This document shows positions 51,301 to 61,100 of a DNA stretch of 64,000 nucleotides, piece by piece. The notes beneath the pieces are model-generated. The model was not told the origin of the DNA. It did not search any database and saw only the letters and a program-made list of their open reading frames with translations. Source of the stretch: Paraspadella gotoi (Eukaryota > Animalia > Chaetognatha); NCBI GenBank assembly GCA_051294375.1, contig CM119263.1, positions 14,931,574 to 14,995,573 on the forward strand. The letters are read 5' to 3'. Position 1 is the first letter of the stretch. Each line of letters opens with the position of its first letter. The translations under genes and the position numbers were made by a program.

Positions 51301-54300
51301 GCGGTCCGACGCGACCTCGTGGCGGCGCCAACACCTCCTACCCCCGCTAGGACGGCAGCACCACCTCACCGGCTGGCGCTGATGAATCAACGGCCAGATC
51401 CTCAACCACGACCAGCTCCATGGATTCACCAGCCTCCTCAGTTTTCACAGCCTCATGAGCCATCTCCAATGCCTCACCGATTAGCTCCAAATGTTCCCCG
51501 CCCATTTCCGAGGAGTCACCATCCGGCGACGACGGCACGCCAGCCGGCTCTCCTCCCCCATAAGCTGACTTTGCCTCCTGATACTTCGGGTCCATCGCCG
51601 CCTTGGCAGCCTCAACGAACTTATGCCTCCGTTTGCGCGGCGCCACCCAACCGGAGATACGTGCCACCAACCGGACAAGACAAACGTTTGTTCCTCATCC
51701 ACGCCCACCGACCCATCAAGAAGCAAGTCCTTCGGACTTTTCGAGGGGGGCGGTGATGTGGCGACGAAGGTTTCGTCACTACGGGGTCAACCCGAGTTGG
51801 CCACTATGTTTAGCAATTGCGAGGGAAGCAGGTTACTGACTCTCTCTCTCTCTCTCTTTACTTGATCAGTGCCTCGCTCTCTCTGTTCAGTCTCAGCTCA
51901 AATCATGTACCTTGACTGTCTCTCTGTTCCTATTATCTAACCTGTCAATAAATATGTATTATGTGCCTCTACACTGTTTCACTAATTGATTATACTTCTT
52001 TTTCTTTTTATTTTAAATGTAAATGCAAGATGTATTAATTAATCAAATAATTAATTAGTTAATTAATCAATTAGTCCATTAATTAATCAATAATTAATTA
52101 ATCAGTTAATTAATCAATCAAAACAAATATTTTGGATAAAATTAATTGCATAATTGCATAATTAATTAAATAATNNNNNNNNNNNNNNNNNNNNNNNNNT
52201 AACTTGAATAAATTAATTATTAATTAATTAAATAATTAAGTAATTATTTATTAATTATTTAATTAATTAAATACCGATAATGATCTTGGGCAGATCCGAC
52301 ATTGTTTGCTCAAACTTGTTTATAATTTTAACCTACTTAATGATATAGTTTTTAAAAAAGATTTATATTTTCTTTTAACAACTTTTAACAAGGAATCTGA
52401 TTCTGTTCTCAGAATTTGACATTATATAAGGGTAGTACTATACAAAATAAGCTGACTGGGCTACTATATTTATAAAAAAGAAAAATAACTATAGATTAGT
52501 ATTCACTAATATAATAGGAGCCATAGTCGATGAAATTTAAATGCTAATTTATACACCATTAAAATAATCTATCATGACCATAGATTATGGTATTAAAATA
52601 TTTTTTGCCAAAAATGCTTTCTTCTGAGGGTACTAGCCTAATGAAAAATATTATATTACTATATAGAGCAAAAAATATTTTTTTTAAATCTTAAAATTTT
52701 TTGATAGATTCTGATAAAGCATAAAAAGGTAAACAAGAAATACAATTACAGCTTTTAAAAATTCTTACGTTTTCTAAGTGAAAATATAAAAAAACTGATA
52801 AATTCATCGAAAGATGATGATGATTTTTTACGGTTTTTCTTATTTTTGACACACTTATTGTTAATATATTTAAAAAAGAATTATACTTTGTACAGACAAC
52901 TTTTTATGACCTTTCTGAATCTGGTCTAAAAATTAAAAAATTCTAAAAAAATTTTTTGCCTTTTCTATCTATAAATAAATATTATAAAATTAATTACTAG
53001 GGTATAGAGCCATATTAAAAATTTTTTGTCCATTGAAAGTATTCTTAAAAATGTCTAAATATTCGTTTGAGCATGTACTCACTCAAAACTTTTGACTCAC
53101 CCCATTGAGTGCGGCTACCCTTATTAATAGTTTTTAAGATATAACTGCTAAATTTTGATTCCAAACTTTCACTTCACCCTATTATACAGATCTGCCAAAA
53201 AAAAGTTTAATAGTAATGATAAAAGCATTTTATTTCGTTATTTGAAAAAAAATTACACTTTTTATGACTCAGTTAATTAGTACTTGGTCAGACCACCATT
53301 TGCTCCCAGCACTGCTTCCATGCGACGAGGGAGAGAGTCATAGAGTCTGCGCAAATATGAAGGGTTCAGCTCCCGCCAAATGCGTTTTACAATTTTTTTT
53401 ATTTCGTAGACTGTCGTAACATTGTACTGCAAAATGTCCCTTTTCATCCTTTCCCAGACGTTTTCAATGATGTTACAGTCAGCCTAGTTTCTAGGCCAAC
53501 CTTTGAGCACCTTAATCCCATTTTCCTCATGCTATTTTTGGGTGGTTTTGGCTTTGTGTCCAGTAGCTCCATCCTTCATGAAAAGACGCCTATTCACTGT
53601 TTGACGACTAACCACAATTCCCCTTTCTCTCCATTTTTTTTTCAACTGGTTTGCAGAAGCCTTACGGTCTTGTATTGCAAAACTTTCCAGGTACTCGTCC
53701 TCACTCTCCGTGGTCATGCGAGGCCGCTTACTTCCAACAGCTCGTTCAAGGTCTCCAGTTGCTTCAAATTTCTTGACAACTCTGCAGATGGTGGTTGGAA
53801 AGAAATTCAATTGTTCGGCGATTATACCTCTGGACAAACCCGCCTTCCAAAGTTTAACAATTGCAGCTTTCTTTTTGGGGGTTAGCTGTTTTGAAGTTTC
53901 CATGGTAAAAAACACAAAAAAATTTAAAAAACAAAGATGGATAAAAAGTTTTATTACTCAGAAAAAGTAAAATTTAAGACAAAATTTTGATCTTTTTTTT
54001 TATTTTAGCACGGTTTCTATAATATTTAGCCTAGAAACCTCGTCATGGGCTCAAATGAAAGATCTTTGTCTTGTCTTTCAAATGATCCCAAGTTCTAATT
54101 AATAGGACGACCGATAAGCGAGATAGTAGGAGGTCCAAAGTTTAAACTTTTTTTTGAGCAGATCTGTAGTTTATTCAAATCGCAAAGTCGCTGGTGATTC
54201 ACGCCTGAGTCATAATTGTGGTTAATTCTATATTGTAAACATCGGTCAGAAAAAGAAGTGTCATCAATCACTTTTTCCCAATTTTATTTTGAGACTATAT

Positions 54301-57300
54301 TCTACTGCCTGAACCAATTCAAATTTTTCGGCACTTTTTTTCAAAGAAGCCCCCTTGCTGCGGCTCCTGAAGCAGCGGACTCAAACACACGCACAAAAAT
54401 CGTATCTTTTGCTACTTCCATCGTCGTTTTATGAGTCACTCCTTTTGTCGTCACTCTCACCGTCGCAACTGCTTCCTCCATCGTTCAAATTATCGTCGTC
54501 GTTTCTGTCGATCCCGATCCTGACGGAGGCTTAATTCTTTCTCTCGTTGAGTTGTTAATTTTCATTTTAGCCTTTGTGAAATAAGAAATAGATTCTCAGC
54601 AGAATGGAAATAACTCAAATCAGCTGAGTTTAGTTTAAATCTGATTGTTATATATAAACAAAAGATAAAACGATGCTGGTTTAGCTAAATAACGTGGCTT
54701 ATGGGTCCCGAGTTCGAGACCAGCACGCTGGGTTTTTTAAATATTTCATAATTATTAATAAATCGTTTAAAACCATAAATGTTTAGACATCGATTGGAGT
54801 TGGCTGACGACTGTGAATATTTAATAATGGATGTAAAGTCCTGGGATCAAATCCACATCCTTAACCTTAATTATAAATCTAATCCCCAATATCTATCCCC
54901 TAAACTAACCTTATCCCTAACCAAAACCCTAAACAATTAATCCATCGTTCAAATTATCGTCATCGTATTTGTCGAGAGCGAGAGAGATTCGCTGCTCCGT
55001 CATATGGCAAGGGGGCTTAGATGATTGAAAAGGCCAAATTTTCTTGCACCAATCGATAGCTCGTTAAAAGAGCTATTCTTTTCTTATATATTTTCTTAAA
55101 ATTAAAAAAGAAATAGTAGTGTATTTAATGCTACCTAGTGTCTTCTTTTTTTTGCGTCGCAGTGTACTTAAAAAATTACAAATTAATAAATGTCCATATA
55201 TTTCATATCTAAATTACTTAAAATTGCGCCACTTAAAATTACCTGACCACATAATGACAAATAATTATTAGACAGATAAGGGACAAAATTATGTATGGTA
55301 AGATTTGTACTCGATATCGAACATGCATGTTGATAACTTCCTTAAAATGAATGAGCTTTAATCCAATCCACAGAGATGTGGATATTTTGACGAGAGCAGA
55401 AAATCCAGAATATTTAGGATTGATTTTTCTTTTAAATAGCTCTAATCCAGTTACCAATCCATAAGGTGTTGATATTGCGGTCATGAACCACAAAACACCA
55501 TCACAAAGGCACACTCCAGTCATAAGCAAAGAAAATGAATAAATGAATTTGTGCCCCTTATCAGCTGTATGGATCACCCAAATCCTGTATGGTGAGGAGA
55601 CAGTAATGATTGTTATATGTTAGTGACAGAACCGTTCAATATAAGCAGTCCCTGAGCTTCGGATCAGGCTGTAACACCGTATTACAGGCGGGTTAACCGC
55701 TAAGCGACCACGGGGCGAGAAACCTGGACCTTTGGGTTGGGAGGCGAATGACATGCCTCCGGCTCCAATGGCCGCTGTTGAACGGTTGGTGGATTTTAGT
55801 CCACCATAATGGTATAATTTTTGTTAAGTGAAAGATAAAATGATATAGCAGGGACCAGCTATGTCATTATTTTTTAAGAGTGATGGAGGCCTTAAACCAC
55901 CAAAACCTGACCAAAGTCAGGGGGAAGAAAGCTTATTTATTAAATGAATGGATAATTTTTTTATTGGTTGTACCAATTTCATAAAATTTAGCTTCTTGTA
56001 TTTTGATGCTGGGCTGAGTAAAATATAGTATTCCCCGATCTAATACTTAAGGGAGTGGTCTTTTCATACAATTGAAACATTCTTTGAAATATTATTCTAC
56101 TTCATTGATAGGGAAGCCAGGAACTCTGGGAGTGAAAAAACGAGACTGTGAGAAAGTCTTGATTGAAAGCTTGCAGGGACCTGCAATGCCATTATCTTGT
56201 AAGAGTGATGGAGGCCTTAAACCACCAATGCCTGTTCAAAGTCAGGGGCAAGATAGCCTATTTATTAAATAAATGGATAATTTTTATATTGGTTGTACCA
56301 ATTTAATAATAAATTTGAGCATCTTACAAAGCAAATTACTTGTAACATTTTCCTCTTATGACCAGGGGTGGCGAGAGGGGGGGCCCCTGAGAAGAGAGAA
56401 AAAAAGAAGGAAAAAAAAAGAAAAAAAAAGGAATTGAATGATTATGCTTGGAGCCCCTTTAGACTTTAAGGGTCAAGTTGGGCCCCTATTTAAGTCAAAT
56501 CAAGGCCCATTGGTATTGTGGGGCGGCCAGTGTGCCCCCTAAGCAGCAAGGGAACAGGTCCTGGGCTTGGAACCAGGCTTTAGGCTTTTCCTCGCCCCCA
56601 AGGCGGCTTATGGCCGTTCTCACGCTTCCCGCAGGGTAGGTACCGGGTTGGGATTGAACCCAGTCATGAGCTGATGGCTTTTACTCCTAGTTTAGCACTA
56701 TAGTACAAATTGTTAAATTTAGAGTTTTTACTATGCTTTACTCTTCATGATCAACTGTTCAAATATTGATTCTATTTGATTTTAAAATTTTGCAGTGCTT
56801 TAATGAATAATCATTTTCAATCTGCGTCTGTAGCCCGTTACCCACTTGAATTTATTTTTATCTTTTATTTTTGGCAAATGAATAGAGGTTTAATAAAAAG
56901 GAATATGTTTGGAGGCCCTGATGTTTTTTGGTTGTTATTTTTGTTATCTGGGTCCTTTACTTTCACTTAATAGAAAATACATTTCACCAGCTTGCCTATT
57001 ACTAACCTATAATAGGCAAAAGGGTTGTTGGGCCATACGACATCACTAACGCCAACATCCCCCAAGTTTCCCATATGCACAGTTCGAAGATCACTCAGTC
57101 CAATCGCACTACAAATGATTGCCAATATACCCATAATGTAGGTCCACATTTTAAGTCCCTTCATTCCCTGGTGCATTGGCCACTCGCATTTAAAACGCTT
57201 TCGTTTCTTTATGTGAGATTTGTGGCTAAGATTATGAAGATCTTCAATGAATGGGTCGCTAATGATATTGAAGGTGGAACCGTATTTCCAAAATCTACGT

Positions 57301-57950
57301 GCCGACTCAGCAAAATATTTTGGTCGACGAACGTCAAGGCAATCATGAAAACGGCAGTCTTGAATCTATCGGGTTGAGAAACAAGGACGTCAATAAAAAT
57401 CTTAAAAGTATTATTGATCGAGCCTGCCAGCTATAAAAAAAAATAATTAAAAAATCTGGGAAAAAAAACGAATGATTGATGCGATAACGAATTATTGATG
57501 TAATAGTAATTTATTGATGTAATAGAAATTGATTATTGAGGCGATGATAACCAATTATTGATGCGATGATAACCAAATATTGATGTGATGAGAACTAAAT
57601 ATTGATGCGATGATAATCAAATGATTGATGTGATGATAACCAAATGATTGATGCGATAATAGTCATTCATTTATATGATTATAATCATTCATTGATACGA
57701 TGATAGTCATTCATTGATGCGATGATAGTCATTCATTGACGCAATGAATCATTCATCGTAAATAAAACAAACAAATGCGTGTATGAGTGAAAGAAAGAGA
57801 GAAAGAGAGAGAGAGAGAAAGAAAGAAAGAGAGAGATAAAGAAAAAGAATAAATCCACGAAAATCTCGGATGTAAATAAGAATCAGAATTTTTCAAAAAA
57901 CGAACGATCACGCAAGAGGTCGTACAGAGAGAGACAGACCCACGGAGAGA

Positions 57951-57984
<34 letters not shown>

Positions 57985-58112
57985 AAGAAATTGAAAATCA
58001 AAAGTGCGAGCTTTAGGCTTATCATTTGTAAGTATTAATAGTTTTCTTGAGTTTTCATAAATGGTACTGAACAACTGATCAATTCTAATTTTCTTGTGGA
58101 CAATAGGCATGG

Positions 58113-58172
<60 letters not shown>

Positions 58173-61100
58173 CTGGACAGTTTTTCCGCCAACGAGACGC
58201 ATTATTAGGTCACTCTTGTTTATATCGGTTTTCCGTTGCCTCGCAATGGCGGCGTGATCTAGGTCAAGTTGATTTTTTTTTAAACACGTAACGTTTCCGC
58301 CGTGTGAAATTGGGTCGTGTTGATTTTTTTTATACATGTAACATTTCCGTTGCCATCAAAACGCATTATTTGGTCATGTTCCTCAACATTGTTTACTCGT
58401 TGCTCCGCAATGGCCACAAAATTTAGGTCAAGTAAGTTATTGTATTTTGGGATTTTGTATTGTAATGGCGATAATAAAAGTTTTTAGAAGGAAAAAAATA
58501 ATCTGAACTTTTCAAAAAACGAATGAGCACGCAAGAGATCGTACAGACAGAGACAGACACAGAGAGAGAGAGAGAGAGACTAATTTCACTTTGTGAAAAT
58601 AAAACATTGTAGCGGTAGTATTTCATAACCCGCTCCTCGTCCGAGAATCAGCATCACTTATGGCGCCGGAGGTGGATCGAGCTCCTCCCAACCCGAAGGA
58701 TTCGGGTTCGGGCCCTGCAGATTCACACAAGTAAAAGCGAGACGGGGCGTCTAACCCACCTGTAGTAACGGACTACAGCCCGATACGAAATTCGGGACCT
58801 TGTGTGCAAACTGCTCGCGGTATCGTCTTCCACAACATAAAATTTATTTATTTTATTAAATATTATATAGTTTACCTTCAGAATGTCATAATAGTTAATT
58901 ATAATATTTTGTTTCATCTTAGTAGGAAAATGTTTGATGAGTCGAAGATAATGTTCGCGGTGGAGCATCCAGATTTCACAGTTGGTAGTTGTCTGAAATA
59001 GTAGCTTGGAGGGAAAGCCTTTGACAAGAGTCAACTCTCCAAAATAATCACCAGGACCGAGCTTGACCAGGGCTCCTTGGTTCATATCGGGATGTATAAC
59101 ATAAATATACCCCTTTTGTATTATACCTAGACCAATTGGAATTTCCCCTTCATTGATCACTATATCTCCGGCCATATAGTACTCTGTCTGGAAAAAGTTT
59201 TAAAAGAGGACACCATATCATAAGACAGAAATTTAGATTTATTTAATTATGAAATTGGTACAACCAATATAAAAATTATCCATTCATTTAATAAACAAGC
59301 TATCTTGCCCCTGACTTTGGACAGGCCTTGGGGGTTTAAGGCCTCCATCACTTTTACAAGATAATGACAGAGCAGATCCCTGCAAGCTTTCAATCAAGAC
59401 TCTCTCACAGTTCTGTTTTTTTACTCCCAGGGCCAGAGTATATATGTTTATAAATATCTCCCAAAAAGCAACAAAAGTTTGATTTTACAGCACCAGACGG
59501 GTTGCCTGTGAAGCTTATTGGGATGGGGCATTGGGGCATGTCACTGTTGGCTTTAGGGGCTACCTCAGTGAGGCCGCCTGCCACTAGAACGGTTACCCTA
59601 GGAGGGTCTCGCTTTGCCAATACAGAAGTAAATCATTAAGATTGTGAATGGAAGGTAATGCTTGGGATGGTGCAATCCTTCTCTGAGCCTATGGAATCGG
59701 CAGAATGAAGCTGGATGTGAGTCGGCGTGAATATACCGCCACAGGACCTCTTGGCCAAGACATCTCTCAGGTTCTCCAGGCCTGAAAGAAGTCTGACAAA
59801 ACTGCAACTATAGTAGGAGAGAGAGAAAGTGCGTTGTAGTGGGGGCATAGGCGTTTTGTTGTAGCATACCCAGGGGCATAGGTGTTTGTCATAGCGTACC
59901 CAAAATTGGCAGGGCATAAGCATTTTTTGTAACATACCTTAAGAAGGTTGCGTATTTGATACTAGGGCTCACCACTTATGGCAACAGCTGGGTTGCCTGT
60001 GATTCCCAGTAGGATGGGGCATCTCACGGTTGGTTTTAGGGGATTCCAACCCTCATTGGCGCTACCGGCCACTAGCCCGGTTACCCTAGGACGATCTCGC
60101 TTTGCCAACTCAGAGGGAAGTCATTAGGACTATGGATGGAACGTAAAGCTTGGAATGGTACGTTCCCCCTCTCAGCCAATCCCAAGCTCAGCTGGATGTT
60201 AGGCAATGTGAATATACCACCGCAATTTGTAAGTTCACTACATACTTTCTTTTAAAAAATCCTTTTTAAGTCATCGTTTCACCAAAAAGTAGGCGCGTTC
60301 CATACCTTGAATTGATAAGATATCACCAACTGGATATGTGGATCCAAGTCTCTAAAAATCCGAATTTTGTCGACTACTGCTTTGAATACCGTCTCCTCAA
60401 TTAGGTCATTTTGGTAATCTTCAGGTAAAAGAGATTCGCAAATAGTGTTGCTGAAGATGCAAACGTTTGACTCAACAGAAAGCATCTTAGCGAAGTTCAA
60501 AACAAGTTGACGGTTATCCGATTGCATCTCTTCGTTTTTGCAGTAATCCTCCACCATTTCCAACTGATGTGATCTTTCCACGGTGGAAGAATCCTAAAAT
60601 AGTAATTTTCTTTTATGCGGTTTCTATAAATGTTTTGGCAAAAATTTGGCTCTCTTTTCCCAGATTGCCCCATTTCTGTTCATTAATCCTAGTATTTACT
60701 TTTAATCTTAATATTCAATTCAAATATGTTTTTAAATTTTATTATGATAATCCTTTCTTTTCGTTGAGTTTTGATGTTTATTGAAAACAAAGTTTTAGTT
60801 TGTACATCAACGATTTTTTATTTTAAACTTATAAATCATTCCAGAACCCTTATCCCTAACCCTTATCTCTAACCCTAACTAAATCTTGAATCTTAATCCC
60901 TTATCCTTAATTTTTAATACTAACCTCTAACTTTAAAAGTAATCTCTAACCCGAATCTTTAACCCTAATTACAAACCAAATTCCTAATTCTTAATCCAAG
61001 TGTTTCCTTAACCATTAATTTTTCTACGGCGTCGGTTAACTGTTAACGGTTAAAATCGGTTAATTTAGAGACAGCTTATTTGATAATATAAATGAAAAAA

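Noticed and set aside
57366-57431. Upstream acceptor (ttttatag|CTG) for the S1 exon
   Set aside because: In phase 0 it reads a frame that stops before S1.
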